Notes: generated by a model from the letters alone, not told the origin. A DNA stretch of 64,000 nt from Candidatus Nomurabacteria bacterium (GCA_023898465.1 CP060223.1:480001-544000), one strand, 5' to 3'; numbered from the stretch's first letter, positions 10,527-21,458 are shown. Program-made: numbers and translations.

Positions 10527-11743
10527 GTCGACAGTGAACTTAAGATAACTTTACTGTTTTGCGTTACACCGTCCCGTAAGTAATTTATATCCACTTCAGC
10601 GCCTATAGTCACGGACTGGAGTAATTGCTGCAAGCTGTGGGACTGGTCAATATTTTGACCATTCACGGAGATAATGATGTCGCCGTCTTGTAGACCCGCC
10701 TCGCTGGCCGGCCCACCCTCAACAACTGCTGGGTCAGCCGCGGTCCCTGCCAACAAAAACCCATCATTTCGCTGATTCGTTTGGCTCTCACTTAATCCTA
10801 CTGAGTTATGCAAATCATAACCATGCACACCTAATCGAGTCCGTGTGATAAGTCCTGAACTGGTATAGGCCTGAAGAGCTGTTCGTATATATACAACAGG
10901 GAAAATACGATTTGGATTTTCTTGTTGCAAATATATACCTTGCAGAGAACCGTTTTGATCAACCACAATTGACCCCGGGCTCACCGCCGCTTCTCCACTC
11001 AGCAAAATATCGTGGGATAAGACCTCGCTTGATTCAAGCGAAAGCGGATCACTGTTTATTGATGCATTTGCGCTGACTAACTGCGTACTACGAATTTGCG
11101 GCACTCCAAGTGATCGATTCGCACTTAAAATATATAGCCCTTGCCCGGCGTGCAAATCCGCAGCTACACCAAAGCTCAATACTTGGTATTGCTCTCCGCT
11201 CACTTGACCAAGGCTTAGATCGCTAATTGGATCATAGGCAAGAATACTTACGTCCAACTTTTTTCCTGCATTAGTATATGCGACAACCTGACCACTAATG
11301 GTACTTGCATTAACTTTTCCATCAAAAACAAAGATACCATCAGTGGTAACAAAAGCTCCTGTACCAAGGTACGTGTACTGAGTATCCTCAACTTGATATA
11401 CACTAAGGAGTGATTGAGTCACTCGGTCATAAAGCGCCTGCCTGTCTTGGTCAATCCGATCGGTGCTCCCTGTCTCCCGAATAATAACCTCTCGAGCCTC
11501 ATTTGAGGTTTCTGCGAGACGAATATCTCGCCAAAAAGGCCATTGAGGGTTCTGTTGATATAGACTATTGAGAAGTACCATCCCTACTGCCCCAGATAAC
11601 AAACCAAATAGAACCGTGAAAAGAAGAATAGAAATCCAAGAAACTCGTTTACTTGGTTGCTCAATTGTACTTTGGTTATAAAGCTTCTCAACTGAGGCTT
11701 CTTGGGAATATTTTGGGGATGTGGGAGCGATCTTTGGTTTCAT
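10523..11743 (-). CDS. membrane-anchored HtrA-like trypsin-fold protein with C-terminal PDZ domain, probably catalytically inactive
   Basis: N-terminal TM and a PDZ-like C-terminus (GLQDGDIIISVNGQNI). The positions expected for the catalytic His (after the TTDG strand) and the GNSGGP serine motif are not conserved (GEAAVSPGS). Confidence 0.5.
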   Translation of the reverse strand: MKPKIAPTSPKYSQEASVEKLYNQSTIEQPSKRVSWISILLFTVLFGLLSGAVGMVLLNSLYQQNPQWPFWRDIRLAETSNEAREVIIRETGSTDRIDQDRQALYDRVTQSLLSVYQVEDTQYTYLGTGAFVTTDGIFVFDGKVNASTISGQVVAYTNAGKKLDVSILAYDPISDLSLGQVSGEQYQVLSFGVAADLHAGQGLYILSANRSLGVPQIRSTQLVSANASINSDPLSLESSEVLSHDILLSGEAAVSPGSIVVDQNGSLQGIYLQQENPNRIFPVVYIRTALQAYTSSGLITRTRLGVHGYDLHNSVGLSESQTNQRNDGFLLAGTAADPAVVEGGPASEAGLQDGDIIISVNGQNIDQSHSLQQLLQSVTIGAEVDINYLRDGVTQNSKVILSSLST

Positions 11744-11753
11744 ACTTGTACAA

Positions 11754-12518
11754 CTAAACCCAGGAGGCGGTTCCTAATATAATCACGAGTAAGATAAATG
11801 ATAACACAAGAGGACGCAGTATCATGTTGCGTTCAATTTTCTCCTTTAATGCAGCCCGATGCATGGCCACCAAGGTGTAGTAAATGATTGTAATAACAGC
11901 TCCATTTACAATGAAATTTGTTGGAAAAAAGCTCATCACGATAAAGACCTCACTGAGCATGATGGAAAAAACAGCAAACCAGCGCCAACCCCGCACATCC
12001 AGGGTCTTTTTTACCCATAACATTTCATAAGAAACGCTCACGACTACTAAAACCCAAAAAGGCAAGAGCATGAACCAGTTAAATCCCAAAAAAACTATCA
12101 TTCCGTAAAGAGAGGCGCTGGCAAAGAACATAACCACTAACGCAAATCCATTTGAAAGGTTTTCTAAAGCAAAGGGTTGATATCTACCCGGCGAGTAGTG
12201 GTAATGAAAGATTTGTCGATAATAAAAACCAAGAGCAAACGGGATGATAATAGTGATGCCCCATCGAATAAATGACGAGGTGATAAACAAGACAATACTT
12301 TGACTACTGAGATATAACCAAAATGGCAGGATAAGAAGTGACCAAAAAGTTAGCGACCTCCACTGCCGTCCAGCTAGCAAATACACACTAAGGATATTCC
12401 ACACCGTGAGAATGGCGCCGATTATCCAAACTAAGCCAGGACGGAGAGTGAGGACAAACATCCCGCTAAGGAAGACTATTGTTGAAAAGGCTGGTAAAAA
12501 TCTAATAAACGCAAGCAT
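11754..12518 (-). CDS. polytopic membrane protein, function unknown
   Basis: 254 aa with about 8 hydrophobic helices and no recognisable motif. Confidence 0.45.
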   Translation of the reverse strand: MLAFIRFLPAFSTIVFLSGMFVLTLRPGLVWIIGAILTVWNILSVYLLAGRQWRSLTFWSLLILPFWLYLSSQSIVLFITSSFIRWGITIIIPFALGFYYRQIFHYHYSPGRYQPFALENLSNGFALVVMFFASASLYGMIVFLGFNWFMLLPFWVLVVVSVSYEMLWVKKTLDVRGWRWFAVFSIMLSEVFIVMSFFPTNFIVNGAVITIIYYTLVAMHRAALKEKIERNMILRPLVLSFILLVIILGTASWV

Positions 12519-12519
12519 G

Positions 12520-13137
12520 CTATATTCTTCCTAAACCATTTGGGTTATAACCGTTTTTTACCTCTTCGCCATCACTAAAACCGTCACCATCGCTATCTTC
12601 TTCAGTCGGATCAGTTTGATATACATACACCTCTAGAAGGTCGTTTAAGCCATCACCATCGGTGTCGCTTTTCTCTGGGTCAGAGCCATATTGCGCCTCT
12701 AGACGATCGAGTAGTCCATCATTATCTGTATCGGTTCGATATGACACCGAGCTATTTACATTACTCGTATTCGTATTTTGATTTACTGCCCTACTGCTTG
12801 ATGTAGCACTCGTCTGAGTTTGCTGGACTTCACTTGCATTTGTTCCTGGTTGACGTTCAGGTAAAATTCGACGGATCGAATCTTGTAATGCATTCGTGGT
12901 GGAATTTGTTGTTGCTTCAGAGTCATCTTTTTTTGGCACGAGTAAAAGAATTCCACCCCCAACTATTACAATCCCGCTGAGAGAAAGGAGTAGCATGGTA
13001 AATACCCGAGGACTCTTGGGCGATATAACTTTCTTAACATCTGGCTCACTAAATGCGACTGGTTCATCAGGCAAACCAGGACTGTTCAGGGTCCCGCGAG
13101 AGTCGTCGTGCTCAAATTCTGAGTTGGTCTCGGGCAT
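12520..13137 (-). CDS. membrane-anchored protein with C-terminal thrombospondin type-3-like Ca-binding repeats
   Basis: Single TM, an S/T/N-rich linker, and C-terminal DTDNDGLLD...DTDGDGLND...DSDGDGFSDGEEVKNGYNPNG repeats. Confidence 0.55.
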   Translation of the reverse strand: MPETNSEFEHDDSRGTLNSPGLPDEPVAFSEPDVKKVISPKSPRVFTMLLLSLSGIVIVGGGILLLVPKKDDSEATTNSTTNALQDSIRRILPERQPGTNASEVQQTQTSATSSSRAVNQNTNTSNVNSSVSYRTDTDNDGLLDRLEAQYGSDPEKSDTDGDGLNDLLEVYVYQTDPTEEDSDGDGFSDGEEVKNGYNPNGLGRI

Positions 13138-13143
13138 AGCTCA

Positions 13144-13863
13144 TTAACTCTCGAGTCGACCGGATCCCAGAGGGCTATATCCGTTATTTACCTCTTCACC
13201 ATCCAAATAGCCGTCGCCATCGGAATCAGGGTTCAATGGATCGGTGTTATATATGTACACTTCTTTAAAATCGCCAAGATCGTCTCCATCGCTATCACTT
13301 AGGGTTGGATCAGTACCAAGAGCAGCCTCTTGCGTATCAGTTATGCCATCTCTGTCAGTATCAACGTTGGAATTTGTGTTTTGCGCACTGCTGTTTTGAT
13401 TCGACTGATTTGTACTTGTGTTCGTGTTTGACGTATTTGTAGCCTGATTAGCATTTGAGGTGTTTGTATTTGTGGTAAATTCGGTACCAGTATTCAAATT
13501 ACTCGTATTAGTATTGCTTGTGCGATTTACCACAGTGTTACTTGCCTGATTGCTTACCGTATTGGTCGTTTCTGTATTTACATTAGTATTGGTGTCGCTG
13601 GGTAAAAAGAAGAAGTAATATGCAGCCGCTCCACCCGCTACCACCACCAGGATAACGAGGAGTACCCAAAGCCAAGCCTTAGATCCTTTTTTAGGTGGAG
13701 GCGTTTGTGCCTGCCACTGAGGCTGAGGCGGAGTATTTTGATTTTGTTGCGGAATAAAGGGATTTTGAGGTGCTGGCGGAGGTGTAGCTTGTGGAAAACT
13801 TGGAGCTGCACGCATGCCTTGATCTGGCTGCGCTGTTGGTGTTGACTCTTGGTTCTCAAACAT
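13144..13863 (-). CDS. paralogous membrane-anchored TSP3-repeat protein (Pro/Gln-rich N-terminus, T/N/S low-complexity linker)
   Basis: Same C-terminal DTDRDGITD...DSDGDDLGD...DSDGDGYLDGEEVNNGYSPLG module as 12520-13137. The start was moved to the internal ATG at 13863 because the upstream part of the ORF reads as AT-rich promoter. Confidence 0.55.
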   Translation of the reverse strand: MFENQESTPTAQPDQGMRAAPSFPQATPPPAPQNPFIPQQNQNTPPQPQWQAQTPPPKKGSKAWLWVLLVILVVVAGGAAAYYFFFLPSDTNTNVNTETTNTVSNQASNTVVNRTSNTNTSNLNTGTEFTTNTNTSNANQATNTSNTNTSTNQSNQNSSAQNTNSNVDTDRDGITDTQEAALGTDPTLSDSDGDDLGDFKEVYIYNTDPLNPDSDGDGYLDGEEVNNGYSPLGSGRLES

Positions 13864-14032
13864 ACAAATCCCCTTTACATTAATTACAACGCCTTGAGTG
13901 TACCTGATTTTATAAAAAAAGACTAGAGAATAATATCGAGAGATTGTCAACTCTCTACCAAAAAGCCCCAGTTGGTACTGGAGCATGATTGGTATCGCCG
14001 GCTTACTAAGGAATTCGGCGAGAAGTTCTCAA

Positions 14033-14569
14033 CTAATGAAGATTGGTTTGCAACTGAGCCTTTTGTAGGAGCTTCATTGCCTCGCTAGTAATTACCTGCA
14101 CCTTTTCCTCCCCTTTATCAACTATTTTTTGTAGCACTTCAAAGGGGTGTAGCTTGGTAAAGTTTCCTTGCACCACTTTCTTTGTTTGCTTCTGAATTGC
14201 TCGCGGCATAACTTTTACGACATCATTCATCATATGCTGAGGGGAAAAGATATATGCTGCAGTAACCTTACCACTGTGCATAATCGTCTGCAGACTGCTC
14301 TCTAACTGACGGAGAAACTTCACTCGCAAGGAAGCCTCCACATCTTCTCGCACCGCGCCAGAAGCAAGAGTTTTTCCACCTCGGCGTTTGGCAAAATGGC
14401 CCTCCTTATCTGAGTATTCCGGCGCCTCGATTCTATATGAGAGCACGTTTTCTATTGTGCCATTCATTGCCTCATAGAGCTCGAGGGATTTTGTCCCAGT
14501 CACAATAAACAAGGCGCGCTCATTAGTAAACTGAGGCAGTGTTTGCGTAATATGTAATCTTCGTCGCAT
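14033..14569 (-). CDS. hypothetical protein
   Basis: Start set at the internal ATG at 14569, preceded by a strong AGGAGG RBS. No confident motif. There is a faint resemblance to bacterial eRF1-like host-attachment family proteins that is not verifiable here. Confidence 0.4.
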   Translation of the reverse strand: MRRRLHITQTLPQFTNERALFIVTGTKSLELYEAMNGTIENVLSYRIEAPEYSDKEGHFAKRRGGKTLASGAVREDVEASLRVKFLRQLESSLQTIMHSGKVTAAYIFSPQHMMNDVVKVMPRAIQKQTKKVVQGNFTKLHPFEVLQKIVDKGEEKVQVITSEAMKLLQKAQLQTNLH

Positions 14570-14913
14570 AGATCCTCCTACATAAGTTAATAGTTTGAAG
14601 CTATCTCTATATGTATTACCTGAGGGCGAAGAGCATTCTTTCACTTCCACAATGGGGATGAAAAAACCGAGGAGGCAGTTGGCGTTCACTCGGATTCCCC
14701 TGGCGCAGCTGGTGCTGTAGTTGCAGTCCTTTGCTGAATAGATTGTATGTTTAGGTTACTCGCCACAAAAGCACATGTCAATATTGACGCTAGGTAAAAA
14801 CTCTTGTGCAATAATATTTTTTAGTTCGGGGAATCGAAAATCGCCTGCGAATGTTACAGCAGCTTCTTTGCTCTATGCAATTTACCCGTCTCAAGAAATA
14901 ATCTTCGCTGCGA

Positions 14914-14987
14914 TGGCTCGGGAGCAGGGACTCGAACCCCGGTTACTAGGGCCAGAACCTAGCGTCCTACCACTAGACGACTCCCGA
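14914..14987 (-). tRNA. tRNA-Gln (anticodon CUG), CCA encoded
   Basis: Manual fold gives a 7-bp acceptor stem (TCGGGAG/CTCCCGA), a D-arm with AGTGGTAG loop, an anticodon stem CTAGG/CCTAG with loop TTCTGGC, a T-arm CGGGG-TTCGAGT-CCCTG, discriminator G and CCA. Confidence 0.8.
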
Positions 14988-15047
14988 ATCAACGCAGCGC
15001 GATAATGTACAGATTTCCCCTTATATCGTACAGAATACTACCCTACC

Positions 15048-16673
15048 TTATGCGCTAAAAGCCTGCAAGACCTTGTCCCAAGTGCTATCACCAGTCGAAA
15101 CCTCTGAGCGACTAGGGGCCGCTTTTGCAGGGGCCACGCGATCACTCGTATCAAGACTCACATCATCCAAGCGTTGAGGAATATCATCAGCCCGCGTGTA
15201 CTCTACTCGCTCAACCACCCCTTCAATTTTTAAGTCCTCGCCAGTCAATTCACGAAGTGCTTCAAGAAGCACTGCCCTATTTTTATGCTCAAGCAGCTGG
15301 TCACGATGAAATGGATAAGCTGCTGAAATAGTAAAAACCCCCTCCTCTTTGGCTTTTGGACGACACACTTTTAATACCACGGCCAAGCTATGTGAACTTT
15401 CGCTCACCTTTAACACTAATGACTCCCAGAGCTTTTGTACCCCCACGTCAGCAGGTAAAGAGGCTTTTACGGGTTTTTCTTTTTTTGCCTTAGGAGCTGG
15501 CGCTTCGGTTTTTTCCTCTACTTGAGGGATTTCCTCGGTGGGAGCACTAGGGGTTGAAGGAGGCTCAGGTGGGCTTGGCGGATCTTCAGGTGGACGACTT
15601 ATTGTCTCCCCTCCCTGGGATTGTTCAAGTATAAAAAGCTCTATTGGAAGCTCTGGCACTTGTACATCACGAAGCATGCCTTCCAGCTCCAATAATCCAC
15701 GCAACCAACTAGACAACATGCCTGGTCGTAATTTGGTTGAGAGTTCGGCTATATCACCTTTCTTTGCCTGTTTTTCCGCTGCTGTTTGGATTAAATCTTG
15801 CACCACGCCCAACATATCGAGATAGAACTGCTCAACGCGACTACCCGCCGCTAAGGCCTCACGCAATTCATTCCGTGCTTGCAGTGGATCCGCTTCAGTG
15901 ATTGCGGTAAAAACCTTAATAGCCCGCTCGCGGTCACGTCGAGGCAAAACCATTGCCGCAACCTCTTCAGTTATTTCCTTTTCTTCGAGGGAGAGAAGCT
16001 GACTTAAAAGACTCTCTGCATCGCGAATTGAACCGTCTGCTAAGTGAGCTACCTGCTCTAAGACTGAATCAACAACTTTTACCTTTTCCTTCTTACATAA
16101 ATCCTGCAGTCGATCGAGTAAATCTTCTGCCTCTAGACGGCGAAAATCAAAACGCTGACAACGTGAAATAATAGTTTCCGGAACCCGTTCAATGTCAGTT
16201 GTTGCAAAAATAAATACCACAAACTCAGGTGGCTCTTCAATTATCTTAAGTAGTGCGTTAAATGCTGAGGTCGACAGCATATGCACCTCATCGATAATAA
16301 ACACTTTATACGGAAAAACACTCGGACGAGTGCGTGCGTTTGGAATGATGTTCTCGCGCACATTATCTACCTGGGTATGAGAGGCCGCGTCCATTTCAAT
16401 GACATCCATTGCGCGATTCTCACGAAAGGCCTGACAATTTGCACACTTGGTACACGGCTCAGCTCCTTGGCGCTGTGCACAATTGATCGCCTTTGCAAAA
16501 ATGCGAGCAGTGGTTGTTTTACCAACCCCTCTCGGACCAGTGAACATATAGGCATGGCCAATACGGTCGCTGATGATCTCCCGCTCCAAAGGCAAACGAA
16601 TATGCTTTTGGTTCACTAAATCAGCAAAAGTCTGCGGTCGGTAGGTACGTGATAATGAGGTAGTTCCAGCCAT
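15048..16673 (-). CDS. dnaX: DNA polymerase III subunits gamma/tau
   Basis: RPQTFADLVNQ...GPRGVGKTTTARIFAKAINC, a Zn-module CxxC...C, and a Pro-rich tau linker. Confidence 0.9.
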   Translation of the reverse strand: MAGTTSLSRTYRPQTFADLVNQKHIRLPLEREIISDRIGHAYMFTGPRGVGKTTTARIFAKAINCAQRQGAEPCTKCANCQAFRENRAMDVIEMDAASHTQVDNVRENIIPNARTRPSVFPYKVFIIDEVHMLSTSAFNALLKIIEEPPEFVVFIFATTDIERVPETIISRCQRFDFRRLEAEDLLDRLQDLCKKEKVKVVDSVLEQVAHLADGSIRDAESLLSQLLSLEEKEITEEVAAMVLPRRDRERAIKVFTAITEADPLQARNELREALAAGSRVEQFYLDMLGVVQDLIQTAAEKQAKKGDIAELSTKLRPGMLSSWLRGLLELEGMLRDVQVPELPIELFILEQSQGGETISRPPEDPPSPPEPPSTPSAPTEEIPQVEEKTEAPAPKAKKEKPVKASLPADVGVQKLWESLVLKVSESSHSLAVVLKVCRPKAKEEGVFTISAAYPFHRDQLLEHKNRAVLLEALRELTGEDLKIEGVVERVEYTRADDIPQRLDDVSLDTSDRVAPAKAAPSRSEVSTGDSTWDKVLQAFSA

Positions 16674-16742
16674 ACGATATGCAAAAGCTCACCCATTTTA
16701 GCGAAGGTGAAGTGTTTTGACAACGGAGCAGTGCTTTTGGCT

Positions 16743-17411
16743 CTAGACTGGGGAGTCTAGATCGTCTTCTGCCACTTCAGTCGGAAATTCTTCGAGTGGT
16801 GCTACTGGAGTACCGTCGGACTTTTTGATGATATTTTCCACAGCTGCCCACTGGCTATCCTTTTCTTTTGGCACCAAAATAACGATCTCATCGCCTACCT
16901 CGCCTTTAAAATACGTCACACTGGCCAAAAGCACTTTATATGCTCGATTGGCAGCCGCAACCTCGAATTCGCCACTGGTTTCATCGCGCAATAATTGACC
17001 AATGAGTCGTTGTCGCTCAGTTGGGCCAATCTGCTTATACACAAACGAACCATCGGTCATAATAGTGAGTTTAAGGCGATCGCCTTCAACTAGCTTGGAT
17101 TTTGAGGCATAGTTTGCCGGCACCGAGTACTGCTTGCCATCAGGTCCCAGCATATTTTGACCGTCAAAGAGGCCTTCAACTACTTTGGCGCCGTTTTCAA
17201 CAGTCATTTTACCGTTTTGACGAGCCTGAGCTAAGAGGTCGGTATTTGCGCCAACTGCCTCTGTGCCATCATCCTCAAGCATGGCCTTGGCTCTCGCTAG
17301 GCTCTGCTCGGCACTTTCAATCAATTGACGTATGATTTTTGCGTTATTTCCGTTACTCATTTTGGCTTTCTTTGTGGAAACAGCATAGCAGCCTTTCCCC
17401 CCTGTCGTCAA
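16743..17411 (-). CDS. hypothetical protein
   Basis: 222-aa ORF with no recognisable motif. The start is uncertain (TTG at 17411 overlapping the upstream stop, or ATG at 17360). Confidence 0.35.
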   Translation of the reverse strand: MTTGGKGCYAVSTKKAKMSNGNNAKIIRQLIESAEQSLARAKAMLEDDGTEAVGANTDLLAQARQNGKMTVENGAKVVEGLFDGQNMLGPDGKQYSVPANYASKSKLVEGDRLKLTIMTDGSFVYKQIGPTERQRLIGQLLRDETSGEFEVAAANRAYKVLLASVTYFKGEVGDEIVILVPKEKDSQWAAVENIIKKSDGTPVAPLEEFPTEVAEDDLDSPV

Positions 17412-17944
17412 CGTATATAGAGGTAGACTGTCCCGCTCTTTGGATCAGGTTTATCAGCCTTTTTTGGAGAAATATTGGGGAAAGGAAAAGCATAGCTTAC
17501 TAAGCGACTTCCCGGTTTTGCCTCGGCTAACCACTTCTTTTCAAGCTTAGCCATGGCTTTTGGAGTAAGAAAACAGGCAATTAGATCGGCTTGATCAAGC
17601 TTCTGATGAAAAAAATCTCGGAAATGCATTTTTGCCTGTGATCGAGCTAAACCGCGCAAACGCCATAACGAGGCAAGGTAAGGAAGAAGCGAAATCTCAA
17701 AACCCTCCGCCCGAGCCTGATATTGCTTTACCGCATGAAGCAAAAAGCGGCCGTCACCGGCTCCCAGGTCCATGACAAGCTCGCCTGGCTGGACATTGCT
17801 TAACTGAAACATCCGCTCAACATCACGTTGACGAGTAGGAAGCCAAGGCGCTGCCCGCAAGCCAGCGAAAGCAGCGCTACCAAGAAATAAAATAAGAAAG
17901 ACAAAGAAGATGAAAATTGGCGATGTGGAAGCGAGGCTTACCAT
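17408..17944 (-). CDS. membrane-anchored class I SAM-dependent methyltransferase
   Basis: N-terminal TM helix followed by methyltransferase motif I (VMDLGAGDGRFLL). Confidence 0.55.
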   Translation of the reverse strand: MVSLASTSPIFIFFVFLILFLGSAAFAGLRAAPWLPTRQRDVERMFQLSNVQPGELVMDLGAGDGRFLLHAVKQYQARAEGFEISLLPYLASLWRLRGLARSQAKMHFRDFFHQKLDQADLIACFLTPKAMAKLEKKWLAEAKPGSRLVSYAFPFPNISPKKADKPDPKSGTVYLYIR

Positions 17945-17955
17945 ATTAAGGCGAC

Positions 17956-20581
17956 CTATGCTTTACCATTAGCGAACCTTGGCCAAGGCCAAAGAGCACT
18001 ATGATACAAGTAATAAATCCCGTTGCGATAAGCGCAAAACCCACAGTAGACCCGCTCAAAATAAATACTCCATACCAAAGTGGGCTGACGAGACAATTCA
18101 CGGACCTGCTGTGCTGCTAATTCGGGGTTTGATGCGGTCGGCGGCAATGACTGCATATTAAAAGCACGAGCCGCAGTATTCTGTATCAAAAGCTTCACAT
18201 ACGCATTATAGCGCTCAATGTTAATCACATCATACTCATTAAAGACCGGTGAAAACTGTCGAGCAAAAACTTCTGCATCTTCCGCCCACCCGGAAAGCCA
18301 ACAAAGTCCCAACTGTACCCAAGACCGCGTCTCGCATGGTCGACTTACCGTCTTCAATAAGCTGACCTAGATATTGATGCGCAAGTGTTAAGCAGAGTCG
18401 ATACTTACGCGCTTCGGAAAGAATAGTTGCAATTGATGGCGTAATAAAATTTTGAAATTCATCAATGTACAGGTAAAAATCTTTGCGCTCTGTTTCAGGC
18501 AAAGCCGCCCGTGACATTGCGGCCATTTGAAGCTTGGTTACCAGGATAAGCCCAAGCAGATTAGAGTTCACTTCACCGGTCCGTCCCTTGGAGAGGTTCA
18601 CCAAGAGTATTTTTTGTTCATCCATTATTTTCCTAAAGTCAAACCCGGAGTGCGGTTGACCAATGATGTTGCGCATCATGCGGTTTTCTACAAAGCGACC
18701 GACTTTAGAAATAAGATAGCCAAGCATTTCGGACTTGTGGAAGTCTGAAGTCTGTGCCATTTCCTTTTCCCAAAAAGCCCGAACAACCGGATCTTGCACC
18801 TTACTCAACTTATATCGCTGGAAAGTCTTGTCAGTAAACATGCGTGGAATATCAACAATCGTTCCTGGTGCCTCGCGATCAGCCGCTAAAGTAAGCATAA
18901 CGTTACGCATATTATGCTCAAACATCGGGCCAATCATTTCTGGCGGGAAAAGCTTGTAGAAAATGGCAATCATTTCTTGTATAGCAAAGTCGATTTGCTC
19001 TTCTCCCTCAGCATCAAGCATATTCAAGCCAATGGGACGCTCAGTATCAGCCGGCTCAAACAATACCACATCCTTCATGCGTTCTTCTGGTATCGAGCCC
19101 AGTAAATGCTCAACTAAATCACCATGCGGATCAATCACGCAGACACCTTCACCGTTGCGAATATCCTGCTTGGCCATTTCCTGCATTTCAACCGATTTAC
19201 CTGTGCCGGTAATACCAATGATATAGGCATGACGGCGACGATCTTCTCGCGAAATACGTATGGGCGTGCGAGCGCCCCGATAGATATTTGTACCAAGTAA
19301 GAGACCTTCCTGTGGCACATTGACCGGTGGTGGCGCCTTACGAGCACCCAACCAAAGAATATTTGGAGTCTCAATCGTGGCTGAGGGCAGGTGATAAAGA
19401 CTGGCCAATTCCTCAGTATTTAACACATAGCGACGGCCCTCATTAAAACTACGATAAACAAAGTCCCGCACAAAACGAGTTTTAGAAAGGAGGGAGCGTT
19501 GTCGAAATCCATTACCTGATTCTGGTGAGGTGTATTGGGAAAAGGCATTCACCACGGCCTGATGAATCATGCGTGCTCGCGCTAGGGTTTGGGAGGCGGC
19601 AATGACACGTATATTCACATGAAAACCTGATTTAGAAGACTTTACCCCAATAGCCTCCACCTTACTCTGCTCAGCCGGCGTCATTTGATATGGAGTCATT
19701 TCCCGTTCCATCCGCTGCCGTCGATCAGCTTCACTTGTACCAGAGACGCTTGATTGCAAAGTACGGAAAGTGGCGCCCAGCACTGACATAGCACCTGAAT
19801 TACCTTGCCCAACCGGCTTACCATCCTGAATACGTCTGGCAATAGCATGTCCGCTCTTTTGCCAGCTCGTACCTGCCGGACGCAAGACCATTTGAATTGC
19901 CGCGCCTTCATTAGGGTCCAGCTTTGACATCACATTAGTTAATGCGTTCAGTGGATCAGACTCAAGTGTACGGTAGCTGCGTATTGGATAGGCGGAAGCT
20001 TTTGCGAGCGTCAAATAACTTCCCGCCACATAACCCTGCGGAGGGAAAATATTATAGTCAGGCACTTCCTCAATATGCGCCATGGGATATTGCGCTTGTA
20101 CTTGTGATTCGAGGAGCTGCTGCAAGTGTCTCGGTACGGCCATGTAAAACTTTATCAATCCCTTTTGCGCAACAATTTCAAACGCGAGATGATCGGTTCG
20201 GCCATAGAGAAAATTATACCAAGCGTTCGTAAGAATATTTGCGTGCTGTTCAGCCTTGATGCCAGCTAGGTTGGCATAGAGCGTTTCTGCCACGGAGAGG
20301 AGTTCGCGCGGATCACTTGGTTGATGTTCATCTTGCGCCGCCTCTTTAGGCACTGTTACGAGCAGTACTACATGCTCCAAAGCAACTGGCACACGATGCT
20401 TTGCTCGCACATACCAGCGAATTAACCAGAGGGCTAATACAACAACCAGCCCAAAAAGCACTATTGGCCATACTACTTGCACTATAGGTTGCTCAAAAAA
20501 ACTCTGGCTAATATCTTCAACCGAGGGGGTGGCTAAACTTCCACCTGGCCCGCCTATTTGTAATAATGCACCAAAAATCAT
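17956..20581 (-). pseudogene. TraD/TraG/VirD4-like type IV coupling-protein family P-loop ATPase, interrupted by a frameshift near 18290
   Basis: Walker A IGITGTGKSVE, a DPHGD motif, Walker B LYIDEFQNF and the TLAHQYLGQL region typical of T4CPs. The reading frame switches between the 780-aa ORF (ending with junk ...RCRSFCSTVFTGL) and the 133-aa ORF (AEDAEVFARQFSPVF...), probably at the G-run ccgggtgggcgg. Confidence 0.55.
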
Positions 20582-21099
20582 AAATCCTTTTCTGGATGAC
20601 GTAAGCGCAAAATCTTATCTGTCTTAATTTTTGCTTCTTGCTCGAGATAATATTGACTCACGCCCGGGATAAATCGTAGCCAACGTAAAATAACCTTCGT
20701 TATGGCCTGTACCTTTACTTTTACCGCACTCAGCAATTCGGTAACCTTTTGAGCGGTTTTTTCTCCTTCTTGTTTGAAGCGCTGCTGCTGCTCAGGACTC
20801 ATCCCGCGAAAAACCTCTTGCAGATTTTCCTCCAAAATAGCCTCTACCTGCTGCGCTGGCGTACCATAAGGGAGGGCCGGCTCTATTTGACTGGTCTTAG
20901 TCTGCGGTTGAGCAATTCGTCGTCGAGATTCCGTATCAGAATGTATTTTTTCCTGCTCGTGTTGCGACTCACTTTCAAGAACCCTTTCAGGCTGCGGAGC
21001 CTGTTCAATCCCAAATTCAGGAGCTATCGCCTCGGGCTTTGCACGCTCTGGCGAAAAAGCCGGTGGTGCTTCTTGATGTTCCTTTGTTTGATCAGCCAC
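20578..21099 (-). CDS. hypothetical acidic/Gln-rich protein, co-transcribed with the T4CP-like gene
   Basis: The stop overlaps the T4CP-like start (ATGA). The antisense 167-aa ORF is Leu/Arg/Ser-rich and rejected. Confidence 0.45.
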   Translation of the reverse strand: MADQTKEHQEAPPAFSPERAKPEAIAPEFGIEQAPQPERVLESESQHEQEKIHSDTESRRRIAQPQTKTSQIEPALPYGTPAQQVEAILEENLQEVFRGMSPEQQQRFKQEGEKTAQKVTELLSAVKVKVQAITKVILRWLRFIPGVSQYYLEQEAKIKTDKILRLRHPEKDL

Positions 21100-21272
21100 G
21101 TGTGTTCCCCTATACCCCTTAAAACAAATGAAAGTATAACATTTTCATCTTGCTTTCTCAACTTGAAGAAAAAAGAAAAGCCCCGCTCCAATTTGTTCGG
21201 AAGACTCCTCGGGATGAGAAGTGCTCGGAACAAACCAGAGCGGAGCAGATAAGGCCTTACCCAATCAACGGC

Positions 21273-21458
21273 TTAGTATGCACCCATGTACACACTTGCA
21301 CCGACAGCCCATAAAAAGCTGAAAAGAATGAGTAGGGCAGAAAGTGTGACACCTTCCATAACTTCAACCAGGACATGTGGCTGTGCTTTAGCTTGGGCAG
21401 CAGCTGGCTGGTCAGTAGTTGAAGCTACCGGTGTGGTATTCATTTGTGATGGTTCCAT
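21273..21458 (-). CDS. small (61 aa) protein with C-terminal TM helix
   Basis: A Thr/Ala-rich N-terminus followed by a single hydrophobic helix. Coding status is uncertain. Confidence 0.3.
   Translation of the reverse strand: MEPSQMNTTPVASTTDQPAAAQAKAQPHVLVEVMEGVTLSALLILFSFLWAVGASVYMGAY

Noticed and set aside
20749-21252. 167-aa plus-strand ORF antisense to 20578-21099
   Set aside because: Leu/Arg/Ser/Phe-rich low-complexity translation typical of antisense artefacts. The minus-strand ORF is translationally coupled to the downstream T4CP-like gene.
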